Source: Myxococcota bacterium
GTDB lineage: Bacteria; Myxococcota_A; UBA796; GCA-2862545
Assembly: GCA_039208735.1 (NCBI GenBank)
Contig: JBCCQY010000002.1
Span: forward strand, 1 to 64,000
Length of the DNA stretch: 64,000 nucleotides
Direction: 5' to 3'
Shown piece by piece: positions 40,690-50,255 of this stretch. The stretch's first letter is position 1. The number at the start of each line of letters is the position of its first letter. The translations under genes and the position numbers were made by a program. The notes under the pieces are model-generated. The model did no database searches, was not told the DNA's origin, and was given only the letters and a program-made list of their open reading frames with translations.

Positions 40690-43600
40690 ATGCGCCATAT
40701 GTGGATTGTCGTGTTGATGGGGATGGTGGGCTGGCTTTGGCCCACTGAAGCCTTCGCTCAGACCCTCACCCTCATGGTGAGCCCCTTCAACAACAACACC
40801 CCTGACGAGCAATTCCATACGCTTGAGAAGGGCCTCGCCGACATGTTGATCACCGATCTATCGGTGAGCGAGGACTTCAAGCTCGTCGAGCGCGAAAGGC
40901 TCGAAACGCTGCTTAAAGAGCTGAAGCTCAACGCGTCCTCGCTCGTCGACCCTCGCACGGCGCAGAAGTCAGGCCGGGTGGTGGGGGCCGACTTGGTCCT
41001 CGCGGGCTCCATTCAGGCGGCTTCCCCCATCCTGCGCCTCGACGCCCGCATCATCGACGTCGAAGAAGCGACCATCGTGGCCACGGCCAAGGCTTCGGGT
41101 CCGATCGAGCGGTTCTTTGAGGTCGAAGCCAGTCTTGCGAAGGAGCTGCTCGACGCAATGGGGGTTGCCCTCACCCCGCTGCAACGGCTCAAGGTCCAAA
41201 AGGCACCAACCAAGAACCTCGAAGCGTTCAACCACTACACCGACGCCCTCGATGCGGCGGACCGCGGCGACCCTGAAGCCGAAACGAAAGCCCTCGAGGC
41301 GGCCATCGAGGCCGATCCGAGCTTTGCCAAGGCCATCGCCCGGCTCGATGCACGCATTGCGGCACTCGAAGGACGCACCGATGCGGTGGAACGCGCGGGC
41401 GGACTGATCCTTCGTCCCACCACTCCCGCAGACTATTGGTCAAACCATCAGATTCACGTCGATCGCCGTGAAACCGCGAAGGCCGTCACCGCCCTACAGA
41501 ACCTGTTGAAGTTGGCTCCGTCAAGCCTGGATGGACTCGAGCAGTACGTCCGCCTGGCGAAACCGTCGAAGCGGTCCGCCATCAAGGGGGTGGACCCAAC
41601 GGTGCTGGCCGCGGTCACGGCCATCGTGAACCAGGATGCCAAGGAAGCCTCTGTTCAAACCCGACAACGGCTCGTCGAAGCCCCGGACGACCCGGTGGCT
41701 CGCTGGCTCCGCTTGCGGGCCCTGACCGCCCCGCTCAACCCGTCCCCCACCGCACTCGAAGCGGCCGAACTCTGGCGGCACGTGCAGGTGCTCTCGGACC
41801 CCGTACAAGCCGATACGTTCACCGCGGCCTTCACGGTTCGCCCCACCGCAGATGCGGCTCAGGCGCAGGTCCGCGCCTTGTTGGAGGCCGGGGACAAGGC
41901 CGTCAGCTCCGCGTGGCCGATCCGCCGCCGGTACGTCGTCGCTCCGCCCGTCACCCTCGCATTTGTTTGGGAGTATCGCCACAGCATCGAGGTGCGCATC
42001 GCGGAAGCCAATCCGCAGAATGCTTCCATCGAATGGCCCGGTGGCCTCGTCACCCCCCTCGCCTTCCAAAACCGAGATGGCCTCGGCGGAACCGCGGCGA
42101 TTTTGGTCGCCAAGCTCGATGAGCGGTTCGCGGAGACCGTTCCTCGAGGCCCTCAACGCGTGACCGTCCGCTGGCGAGACGGCAAGGGCCATGACGTGGC
42201 CACCACCTTCGGCGCCTTCCTCCCTCCGCGGTCTACCGGCGTTTCCGACAACAACTGGGAGCGCATCCAACTTGGCTTCAATGCGAACAAAGAACGCAAG
42301 GGTCAGATCCTAGTCGACACGATTGCGTCGGTGTGGACCGCCCCACGAGCCGAGGCCTTTCAACGTCTAAGCTTTGAGCCGGGCTGGGAGACCCCACCGG
42401 GAGCGTGGGGTCTTGCCATTCGGAACCAGTCGGCCGCGGTGACGCGCACCGGCCTCGCTCGACCGTTCGCGTTCCGGTACGCCGACCCGGCTGCGGACCA
42501 GTACGGGGCGGTGGGCCTCGCGCGGTTCCAATTCGAGAAGCGTTCCGATGAACGGCGAGGCCGTTGGAAGGCCGATGGCGAATCCTGGTCCTACGAGCGA
42601 GGCCTGGCCTCCATTCCCCTCCGTACCGACCCGTTGGGCGGACTGGTCGATCTGGTGGCCGCAGGCGAGGCCGAGGATGCCCTGGAGATGCTCGTCACCT
42701 TGGCCTACCGCGACGGAGAATGGGGCGCAGTCCCTGACTGGTCCACCACCGATGCGGGCGCTTATCGGCTGACGTACCTTCTCGCAGCCGCCAAACGCCT
42801 CAATCGCCGGTACGGCGCCCTCCGGTCCGCCGTGACCTTCGGTTCCCAGGTGGAGGCTCGCGACTGGCTCCGGGAGGTGGTGCAGTACCTCGACGGAGCC
42901 ATCACCGCGAAAGAGCTGGTTGCCCTTGCCAAGGCTCGCGATGGCGAGGACCATCGGTTCCAAGCCGAAGCCGCAACCGCCATCGCGCTGTCGGACCCCA
43001 AGGCTCACAAAGAGATGGCCGAGTTTCTCCGTGCCATGACGCGTCATGCCACGCCCAACATGATCGAATGGACGTTGCTTCGCCAGGAAGTGCGCAAACA
43101 ACGAATGACGCTGCCCCCCCAGGTTCGTTCCGCCGGTCGCTTCGTGGACCGAATGGAAGTCACCGTCGACGACTACCTGCAGTGCGTCAAGGCGGGACGC
43201 TGCCGGCGGCCTTCTTCGGCGACCTGTGCCCAGGCCCGTGGCGAATGGAGCGGAGGTTGGACTGACCATATGGGCACAGCCTGCTTCCCCGTTGAGGACA
43301 ATCCCTATCCCATCACCTGGATCACCCACGACCAGGCGGCGTCGTACTGTGATTGGCGAGGGGGCGCGCTGCCTACGGCGAAGGAGTGGACCCAGTTGGC
43401 GGCTCGAACCACTCCCTTCACGGCGGGTGACGACAACCTCATGGAAGCTCATGCCTGCGCGTTTTCCTGGGTGTCCCTGGCCCCTAAGGTCTGCAAGAAT
43501 CAACGCGCGAACTTTGAGGCGGAGAATCCCCACGATGGCTACCTCGGCATTGCGCCGGTCGGTGCGTTCCCCGCCGGTGCATCCGCCGATGGGGTCGAAA

Positions 43601-44997
43601 ACCTGCTCGGCAACGTGCGCGAGTGGCTTCGCGACGGCACGGTCGCAGGCTGTGATTACAACGACCCCCCCGGCACCGTCAAAGGCCCCCGCTGCGCCAA
43701 CCGCATCGCCTCCCCGCGGACCCGCGCAAGCGGTACGGTAGGCTTCCGCTGCACCTACGGGCGCCCGCCACGCCCCCCGTCGAGCTTAGGGAAGCGCCAG
43801 CGCCCGCCACGAACCAAGCGAGGATCGGTGCCGCTCACGTGGGTGGGTGTTCCGGCGGGAACACTCGATCCAAAGACCATGCCCCAGCCCATCGTCATCG
43901 ACCTGTCCCAACCTGCGCCGGCCGACCTCGACGCCGCGGTCGCCCGGATCGATGGCCTGTCTCGAGCCGACCTGGACGCGTTGATCAAGCGGTTCCGCAA
44001 GGCGGGGCTAACGTCAACGATCAACGACCATGATCTGTCCGAACTGGTGCACCGTTCCCGATCCTGGAAACGCTCGCTTGCCGACACGGTGTCGCTCGTC
44101 CTCGAGCTCATCGAACCCCCCGAGCCCGACCGCGACACCGATGCGGCGGAGGACCGGGCTCGCAAAGCGCTGGGGGCGAGTATCTACGCCTCGGGTGCCC
44201 AATCGCACTGGCTCTCCGAGCATCGGGAGGTAGACCGCGCATCCATGACCAAAGCGCAATGGCGTGAAGCCCTTTTCGAATACCTCTTTCACTACCCGCA
44301 ATCCGACTTCGGGTTCGAAGATCGCCAGATGTTTACGCTGCGTCGCACGCAGGGCCTCCCCCGCCCATGGCACGACCGGGTCGCCCCGGGTTGCCTCGAG
44401 TACCCCGACGGACAGTGCCTCGACCTCACGGGAACCAAGACGAGCGACCGCGACGGGTCCCTACGCGCGATCCTCCAGTCTTACACCCGTAGGGACCCCA
44501 TCGAAGTGCCCGCCTTCGAGCTGCTCGCCCATGAGGTCACGCAAGACCAGTACCGCAAGGTAACCGGTCAGGACCCCTCTTTCGAGTGGTGTGCAGACTG
44601 CCCCGTTACCCAGGTGAGCGCGACGGAAGCCGAGGCCTTCTGTACGCAGATTGGGGGGCGCCTTCCCACCAACGCCGAATGGCGCTGGGCGGTGCTGGCC
44701 GGTGGACCACCCGGGCTTCGACCCGGCCCCGTTGAAGCGATCGCCTGGAGCCTCCTCAACAGCGAGGATCAACGCCCCAAGCCCGTCGGAACCCGCAAGG
44801 TCAACGGTTACGGGCTGTACGACATGCTGGGGAACGTCTGGGAGTGGACGACGGACCCGACGAATCGCGACGAGTGGGAACGCCACGTGGTCGGCGGTTC
44901 TTGGGCGAGCGACCCCCGACAGGTGCACCCTCGTCACTGGGTGACGCTGCACCAGCGCGTGCGGTCCGACTTCATCGGCTTTCGTTGCGCGAGGTAG
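40690..44997 (+). CDS. Large secreted protein: CsgG/TolB-N-like domain, TPR-like regions and two FGE-sulfatase (SUMF1) domains
   Basis: Signal ending AFA. PF.N..GLADMLITDL..LVERERLE. First FGE: DRMEVT..LPT..EW..GNVREW..GFRC. Second FGE: HEVT..RLPTNAEW..NGYGLYDMLGNVWEW..GGSW..GFRC. Confidence 0.85.
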   Translation: MRHMWIVVLMGMVGWLWPTEAFAQTLTLMVSPFNNNTPDEQFHTLEKGLADMLITDLSVSEDFKLVERERLETLLKELKLNASSLVDPRTAQKSGRVVGADLVLAGSIQAASPILRLDARIIDVEEATIVATAKASGPIERFFEVEASLAKELLDAMGVALTPLQRLKVQKAPTKNLEAFNHYTDALDAADRGDPEAETKALEAAIEADPSFAKAIARLDARIAALEGRTDAVERAGGLILRPTTPADYWSNHQIHVDRRETAKAVTALQNLLKLAPSSLDGLEQYVRLAKPSKRSAIKGVDPTVLAAVTAIVNQDAKEASVQTRQRLVEAPDDPVARWLRLRALTAPLNPSPTALEAAELWRHVQVLSDPVQADTFTAAFTVRPTADAAQAQVRALLEAGDKAVSSAWPIRRRYVVAPPVTLAFVWEYRHSIEVRIAEANPQNASIEWPGGLVTPLAFQNRDGLGGTAAILVAKLDERFAETVPRGPQRVTVRWRDGKGHDVATTFGAFLPPRSTGVSDNNWERIQLGFNANKERKGQILVDTIASVWTAPRAEAFQRLSFEPGWETPPGAWGLAIRNQSAAVTRTGLARPFAFRYADPAADQYGAVGLARFQFEKRSDERRGRWKADGESWSYERGLASIPLRTDPLGGLVDLVAAGEAEDALEMLVTLAYRDGEWGAVPDWSTTDAGAYRLTYLLAAAKRLNRRYGALRSAVTFGSQVEARDWLREVVQYLDGAITAKELVALAKARDGEDHRFQAEAATAIALSDPKAHKEMAEFLRAMTRHATPNMIEWTLLRQEVRKQRMTLPPQVRSAGRFVDRMEVTVDDYLQCVKAGRCRRPSSATCAQARGEWSGGWTDHMGTACFPVEDNPYPITWITHDQAASYCDWRGGALPTAKEWTQLAARTTPFTAGDDNLMEAHACAFSWVSLAPKVCKNQRANFEAENPHDGYLGIAPVGAFPAGASADGVENLLGNVREWLRDGTVAGCDYNDPPGTVKGPRCANRIASPRTRASGTVGFRCTYGRPPRPPSSLGKRQRPPRTKRGSVPLTWVGVPAGTLDPKTMPQPIVIDLSQPAPADLDAAVARIDGLSRADLDALIKRFRKAGLTSTINDHDLSELVHRSRSWKRSLADTVSLVLELIEPPEPDRDTDAAEDRARKALGASIYASGAQSHWLSEHREVDRASMTKAQWREALFEYLFHYPQSDFGFEDRQMFTLRRTQGLPRPWHDRVAPGCLEYPDGQCLDLTGTKTSDRDGSLRAILQSYTRRDPIEVPAFELLAHEVTQDQYRKVTGQDPSFEWCADCPVTQVSATEAEAFCTQIGGRLPTNAEWRWAVLAGGPPGLRPGPVEAIAWSLLNSEDQRPKPVGTRKVNGYGLYDMLGNVWEWTTDPTNRDEWERHVVGGSWASDPRQVHPRHWVTLHQRVRSDFIGFRCAR

Positions 44998-45619
44998 CCT
45001 TCGACACGAACGGATCGTCGACGTAGAGCAGCCGCCAGCAGAGCAGGGCGACGCCGCTGCGGTAGGGGGCCCACGGCTCGCCGAGCGCTGTGGCCTGGGC
45101 GACGGTCGGCCGCGTCTCGAGTTCCATCAGGTGTCGCAACCCCTCTCGCACCCCGAGGTCTCCGACAGGCCACACATCGGGCCGCCCCAACAGGAACAGC
45201 CGCACCATGTCGACGGTCCATGGGCCCACGCCACGACGAGGGATGAGGTGGGCATGAACCTCATCGTCCGTCATGGCGGGGAGCCCCGCGAGATCGAGGT
45301 CTCCTCGGTCCTCAGCCGCGCACAGATCGCGAAGGGCGGCCACTTTGGCCCGTGACAACCCAATCTCCCGCAGGGCCGCATCCTCGTGGCGAGCCACCCG
45401 TTGTGGGGTCGGTGGTCCTCCGAGAAGGCCCTCGAGCCGATCGTAGATGGCGGCCGCGGCCTTCACCGAAAGCTGCTGGCCCGCCACGATGCGCACGATC
45501 GAAGCCAACGTGCAGGGACGCCGTCGGTCCGGAAACGCGCCCACGTGGGCCACCGCCTGGGCGATTCGAGGGTCGCGTTGGGCGAGCGGGCCGAGGGTCT
45601 CGCGAGGGTCCGGCGTCAG
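44972..45619 (-). CDS. DNA-3-methyladenine glycosylase (AlkA/HhH-GPD family)
   Basis: IVAGQQLSVKAA, GLSRAK, HhH GVGPWT, RPDVWPVGDLGV, WAPYRS. Start inferred at CTG 45619. Confidence 0.88.
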   Translation of the reverse strand: MTPDPRETLGPLAQRDPRIAQAVAHVGAFPDRRRPCTLASIVRIVAGQQLSVKAAAAIYDRLEGLLGGPPTPQRVARHEDAALREIGLSRAKVAALRDLCAAEDRGDLDLAGLPAMTDDEVHAHLIPRRGVGPWTVDMVRLFLLGRPDVWPVGDLGVREGLRHLMELETRPTVAQATALGEPWAPYRSGVALLCWRLLYVDDPFVSKATSRNESR

Positions 45620-46650
45620 CGGATCGCCTTGTCGAAGGCCCGTCGTAGATCCTCGCGACCCAGGCCCGCCGAGGTGGCCTGTCCTGAGACCTTCGCCCGC
45701 TCGTGAAGGGCGCGCTGGCGTGGTGAAAGCCAACGCGAGGGGTCTTCGCCCGCTCCCACCGCTGCGTTCACGCGGGAAGCCTGCGCGGGCGTCATGGGCA
45801 CGGCCGCCCATGTGGTGCGACGAATGCGGTACCGATCGTCCTTGGCGGACGCCCTAAACGAGGCATCGAGAGGCGTCGCGTTGCCTCGGGCAGCGTAAGC
45901 GTCCAACGTGGCTCGCGACGTCGTCTTCGGGTCGTAGACCACCTCCACGACCTCCCGGCCCCCAGCAAAGCCCGGCGTGGTCGACAAGACCCCCTCGTTG
46001 GCGCCAAGATGCTCTTCGCCGCTCCAGAAGCAGTACATCGAGTAGAGCGCCGTCTCGGTCTGGCCCTCAGTTCGCGCCTCGCGTTCGACCAACGCAAGCC
46101 AATCGGGAATCGCGTGGTTCCCCCTTTGCAATGCCGTCACCATGCGCGATAGCAGCGTGGAGGAGCGGTAATCCCCTGCCAACCGTGGCACGACATCGTC
46201 ACCCTTTGCGTCCAAGATGCGCACTACTGGATTGTTCCAGGTGGGTTCTCCATACGCGTTGAGCACCTTGCGATCGGGCCCCGCGACGTTGTTGTACACG
46301 ACCACGGGAACAAACGATTCCTCGATCGCGTCCACGACCAACGGGTCCGACAACGTCCCGTTGCCGTACGCCAGCACCGTCGAGCACCCGGGGACCTCAT
46401 CGAACAACACCAACAAGGGCTTGCCCGTGGCCTGTGCCTGCGCCTTCGCCTGTTCAAAGCCTCGCATCCAGCGCACCCGACCCAACTCTTCTGGCTGGTC
46501 CGGCCAGCTTAGATCGGGGCTCGCAGAGTGGGGGATCGTGGGCGAAGATCGCTTTCCTGCCTCGGCGGGGTCGGACCATGCCCCGCATCCCATTGCGGTG
46601 CAGACCGCCACCAACGTACCCAGAGCCGAGAGCCGTCCCCATCGCCGCAT
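45616..46650 (-). CDS. VPGUxxT-family thioredoxin-like protein (Cys form) with MsrA-like C-terminal domain, probable lipoprotein
   Basis: ELGRVRW, LFDEVPGCST, LSDPLVVDAIE..FVP, EPTWNNPVVR, then MYCFWSGE..GV..T..G..EVVEVVYDP. AAGGAGG SD and AMGC lipobox. Confidence 0.8.
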   Translation of the reverse strand: MRRWGRLSALGTLVAVCTAMGCGAWSDPAEAGKRSSPTIPHSASPDLSWPDQPEELGRVRWMRGFEQAKAQAQATGKPLLVLFDEVPGCSTVLAYGNGTLSDPLVVDAIEESFVPVVVYNNVAGPDRKVLNAYGEPTWNNPVVRILDAKGDDVVPRLAGDYRSSTLLSRMVTALQRGNHAIPDWLALVEREARTEGQTETALYSMYCFWSGEEHLGANEGVLSTTPGFAGGREVVEVVYDPKTTSRATLDAYAARGNATPLDASFRASAKDDRYRIRRTTWAAVPMTPAQASRVNAAVGAGEDPSRWLSPRQRALHERAKVSGQATSAGLGREDLRRAFDKAIR

Positions 46651-46827
46651 GTTCGACCTCCTTTTGCGCCGCTCCGCGCGGCTCTCTTGGCGTCTGCCGC
46701 CCCCGCAAAGCGTTGCACATCTCCGACGCCTCAATGTGTCACTTGCAGTCGTGCATGAGGGGGTTGCGCAGATGGACATGGGCGTCAGCCGCCAACAATC
46801 GCATTCTGCTGGTGTGGAGGACTTACG

Positions 46828-47745
46828 ATGCTGTTCTTGCTCACCGGTTGTGCTGGCTTGACCCCGATCCCCCAACCCGAACTTGCGGACCTGCCGGACG
46901 AAACCCGGGCCCAAGTGGAGTTGGGACGCACCCTGTTCTTCGATGCGGGCCTGTCTGGCGACGGGACGCTGTCGTGTGCAAGCTGCCACGATCCCAAGCA
47001 ATACGGCGCGGATGGGCGAACCACCTCTCTCGGCGCGGGCGGGGAGCCGATTCGCCGCAACGCGCCGTCGGTCTTCAACGCTGCGCTCAAGGACTTTCAG
47101 TTCTGGGACGGTCGCGCGGCAACGCTCGAAGAACAAGCCCGTGGACCGTTGTTCGCCGAAGTCGAGATGGCCACGACGCCAGAAGCGGTCGAACGCTACC
47201 TCGGTGCGATGTACGCGGAGGCCTTTGGAGCTGCGTTCCCTGGGGAAACCGGCCCCACGGTCGATCAACTGACACGAGCGCTGGCCGCCTACGAGCGCGT
47301 CCTGCCCGCCCCGTCACGCTTCGATCGGTTCCTCGAAGGCGAGCGTGAGGTGCTCACCGATCTCGAACGTTCTGGTCTTCGACTGTTCCGCAACAACTGC
47401 GCCTTCTGTCACGGCGGAGACGGCATCGGCGGTGACGACTTCGAGCGGCTAGGCGACGAGATTCCCTGGCCCAACGACCGGCGGCAGGATCTTGGACGGG
47501 CGGAAGTGACGGGCGACGCCGCAGACGAGCTGGTGTTCGTCGTGCCCTCGCTGCGCAACGTGACGCAGACCGGCCCCTACTTTCACGACGGCTCCGTCGA
47601 GACCATCGAAGAGGCGGTGAAGCTGATGGGCCGCCACCAGATCGGAAGGGACTTCGACGACACCGAGGTCAACGCCCTGGTCGCGTTCCTCGCCACGCTC
47701 GAAGCCGAAACCATCCCGCCTTGGGCATTCGCCCCCGAGGGCTAA
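46828..47745 (+). CDS. Di-heme cytochrome c peroxidase (CcpA/MauG family)
   Basis: LGRTLFFD..LS, CASCH, RNAPSV, QFWDGRA, CAFCH, PSLRNV..TGPYFHDGS. Confidence 0.93.
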   Translation: MLFLLTGCAGLTPIPQPELADLPDETRAQVELGRTLFFDAGLSGDGTLSCASCHDPKQYGADGRTTSLGAGGEPIRRNAPSVFNAALKDFQFWDGRAATLEEQARGPLFAEVEMATTPEAVERYLGAMYAEAFGAAFPGETGPTVDQLTRALAAYERVLPAPSRFDRFLEGEREVLTDLERSGLRLFRNNCAFCHGGDGIGGDDFERLGDEIPWPNDRRQDLGRAEVTGDAADELVFVVPSLRNVTQTGPYFHDGSVETIEEAVKLMGRHQIGRDFDDTEVNALVAFLATLEAETIPPWAFAPEG

Positions 47746-48926
47746 CGCGCCATGGTGTACGGCGACCCGTCAATGACCAGAAGCCCCTTGTAGACGAAGA
47801 ACGGCTCACGTTCGACCGCCCCATCGTCGTACGTCAGCACGAGTTCGTAGCCATCCACGCGATACCGACCCGCTCGGGGGGCGCGCTTCGACGACGAGGC
47901 CGCCAATACGCCGGGAACCTGCGCCGTAGCGACAGAGGTTCCCCCTTTCGAAAACCGGCCGCTTCGCGCAAACACGTAGTCCGTCGAGGCGAACACGCTG
48001 AAGTCCGCCTTGACCGTGCTTCCCGCGCTCACCGATTTGTAGTGCCCCTCAAAGGTCTCCCCCTCGGCGGGAGAGACGCGTTGGTACGTAAGCCCTCCGA
48101 TCATCAAGGCGTCGGCAGCCATCTGGAAGGGCAACTCCTCGATCGAGCCCACCCCGAGTCGCTGAAGGAAGGTCGAACCGCTCCTCAACATCGCGAGGGT
48201 GGAACCCCGAACCGCATATCGGCCGCACGATTTCGGGTGGCGCGTGCAGTAGGCGTCGGGATTGACCATCGCCACGTCGGAGAACGCGTAGCGACCGTCG
48301 GGCAGAAAGGTGTAGCTGCGCGTGCCCGCTTCGGCGACCACGGTCGCCGCCGCGGTCAGCCCTACACGACCTCCGAATCCCACAAAGAACCCGTCGATCG
48401 AACGGTCTCCGGGACTGTCAAAGCCGACGGAGGTGGCTTGCAGGCCACCGAGCAGACCACCGAACGTCGACAGTGCTTCCTTCGGAGTTCCGTTGGGCCA
48501 GATGCCCACGATCACCACGACGTGGTCGGTCCCTCCGACGGCCACGGGAACGAAGTAGCTGCGCACGCCGCGAACTTCGGCAAATCCGCTCCCCAACACG
48601 ACGGGAATTCCCCTGGCCGTCGAAGCCTCTTTCAGTTTCCATTTGGTGAGCGGCACCCCAGGAGCGACGACAGGCAGTAGCGAGGCCAACGCCTGGTGGG
48701 GATCTTGGGTAGGCACGGGACCGAAGACCAGCCCTCGCCAACCCGACGAATGCCGCAGTTGGCGTGACGTGGCCTTGGTCGCTTCGACGGTCCAGCCTTC
48801 GGGCAACGCCAAACCCACCGTCCCCACGCGGACGGTTGGCGCTTGGGGTGGACTTGCCACACTCCGTCCTCCGTAGGTCAGCCCCAGGAAAATCCCCCAC
48901 CACGCGATCACTCGCCAAGGTTGCAC
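47742..48926 (-). CDS. Hypothetical secreted protein with two beta-rich repeats
   Basis: Signal peptide and a repeated Y.F..dG.f..G.Y.V.G..L pattern. Confidence 0.55.
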   Translation of the reverse strand: MQPWRVIAWWGIFLGLTYGGRSVASPPQAPTVRVGTVGLALPEGWTVEATKATSRQLRHSSGWRGLVFGPVPTQDPHQALASLLPVVAPGVPLTKWKLKEASTARGIPVVLGSGFAEVRGVRSYFVPVAVGGTDHVVVIVGIWPNGTPKEALSTFGGLLGGLQATSVGFDSPGDRSIDGFFVGFGGRVGLTAAATVVAEAGTRSYTFLPDGRYAFSDVAMVNPDAYCTRHPKSCGRYAVRGSTLAMLRSGSTFLQRLGVGSIEELPFQMAADALMIGGLTYQRVSPAEGETFEGHYKSVSAGSTVKADFSVFASTDYVFARSGRFSKGGTSVATAQVPGVLAASSSKRAPRAGRYRVDGYELVLTYDDGAVEREPFFVYKGLLVIDGSPYTMAR

Positions 48927-48950
48927 GCCGCCTCCTTCGCCGAAACAGGC

Positions 48951-49937
48951 CTACCGCGCAGCCGGCCATAGAGCGATGCACCGGACCTCGATGCTTCGGC
49001 GGTCCGGCGCGCCGACCGGCGTTGCGGGGTCATCGAATGCACTGTGAAAGCTGAACGAACTCGGTGAGTCAGGCTCCGCCGAGTCTGAAACCTTGCCTTC
49101 GCTGCGAGCCAGTGCGCCCGCCGAATCCCACTGCTTAATGAGCAAGCCCTCGTCCCGAGTGAGGCCTGACCAGTAGATCCAGCGATGCCGCAACGCCGCC
49201 TTAGCGAAGTAGTTTTCCCCAACCCGGTCTGCGTAGTGGATCTCGAAGACCACCAAGTCCTCGGGCTCGACGGTGCGCGCGTCACACAGCGCAAGCGGAT
49301 GGGTGACCACAGGCTCGGGGGCGATGTTGCGCCACACGTTGATGAGCGCGAACCGACCGGTTGGCGCGAGCGCCCGGGCCGCGAGTTCGGGGTCGATCAA
49401 GACCTCCCCATCGGCCAACATCGAACGAAGGGTGTCGTTGCCCGTTGGGGGTTGCGTAAGCTGCTCCAAACGACGTGGGGCACTGGTCAGCGTGTAGTCT
49501 CCATGGACCACGTGCGCGGGACCCTGAACGCGCTGCCCGCCGCGAATGCGTTCGGCGGCCTGCTGTTGGGTGGCCGAACGAACGTTGTGGTCGAAGGCGA
49601 ACACATGCGGAGCCCCCGTCACCTCCGCAATGAGCCCGCGGCACGACGAATAGTAGGCCTCGACCACCTGCCGATGGTCATAGAAGTCGAGTTCCCGCTC
49701 TAACGGCCGCGCAACCACCGCGAAGCCTTCTTGGTCGAGGGTTGGCGCTCGCTCGAGCCGCCGGGCATCGGCGATGTCGACGAGGCGTTCGTCCGCCACG
49801 ACACCTTCGGTGCCCGCGTCCCCTCCATCCGCATCCCGCTGCGTGCGGACCCGCCCGTTGGCGACGAGCGAGGAGGTCACCCCGGCATCGAGATAGCAAA
49901 ACCGCCCCTTCGTCGAGGGCGCAGCGCGAACGTCCAT
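48951..49937 (-). CDS. CmcJ/NvfI/AsaB-like oxidoreductase
   Basis: LDQEGF, FDHNVR, VHGDYT, INVWR, PLALCD, FHSAF, RRSIEVR. Confidence 0.85.
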   Translation of the reverse strand: MDVRAAPSTKGRFCYLDAGVTSSLVANGRVRTQRDADGGDAGTEGVVADERLVDIADARRLERAPTLDQEGFAVVARPLERELDFYDHRQVVEAYYSSCRGLIAEVTGAPHVFAFDHNVRSATQQQAAERIRGGQRVQGPAHVVHGDYTLTSAPRRLEQLTQPPTGNDTLRSMLADGEVLIDPELAARALAPTGRFALINVWRNIAPEPVVTHPLALCDARTVEPEDLVVFEIHYADRVGENYFAKAALRHRWIYWSGLTRDEGLLIKQWDSAGALARSEGKVSDSAEPDSPSSFSFHSAFDDPATPVGAPDRRSIEVRCIALWPAAR

Positions 49938-50138
49938 CCTTCCTCCTGTTCGGTCCCTACCGAGCCCATCTCCCTGGCGCACTCATCACAGTCGAACCCT
50001 GCAAGACGCTGCAAGAATTGCGGACACACCAACAGGACGCGCCTCACAGCATGATCCATTCAAATGCGAACAATCGAAGACTTCACGGATTTATGCTGTA
50101 AAGGGGCGTTGCCTAAGTGAGAGCCGAAGACTAATCGA

Positions 50139-50244
50139 AGACCAGGGTCCGGTGGCCGTTCGAGGTTCGTTCCGAAACCAACGAACATGCTGCACGGTCA
50201 CCCTAATGTTGGTCTCAGAGAGATGCACGATGCTTTCGTCGTGC
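50139..50244 (+). other. Nested inverted repeats (candidate structured leader RNA)
   Basis: Nested stems 50139-44/50210-15, 50151-59/50194-202 and 50165-71/50180-86, plus a hairpin at 50225-50244 abutting the SD. Confidence 0.35.
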
Positions 50245-50255
50245 GAGGGAGAGCT

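Noticed and set aside
46360..46400. Selenocysteine in the VPGUxxT-family protein
   Set aside because: The codon at the motif is TGC (Cys), not TGA.
46651..47268. N-terminal 206 aa of the 550-aa ORF 45616..47268
   Set aside because: It runs antisense into the peroxidase gene. A strong SD and signal peptide place the start at 46650.
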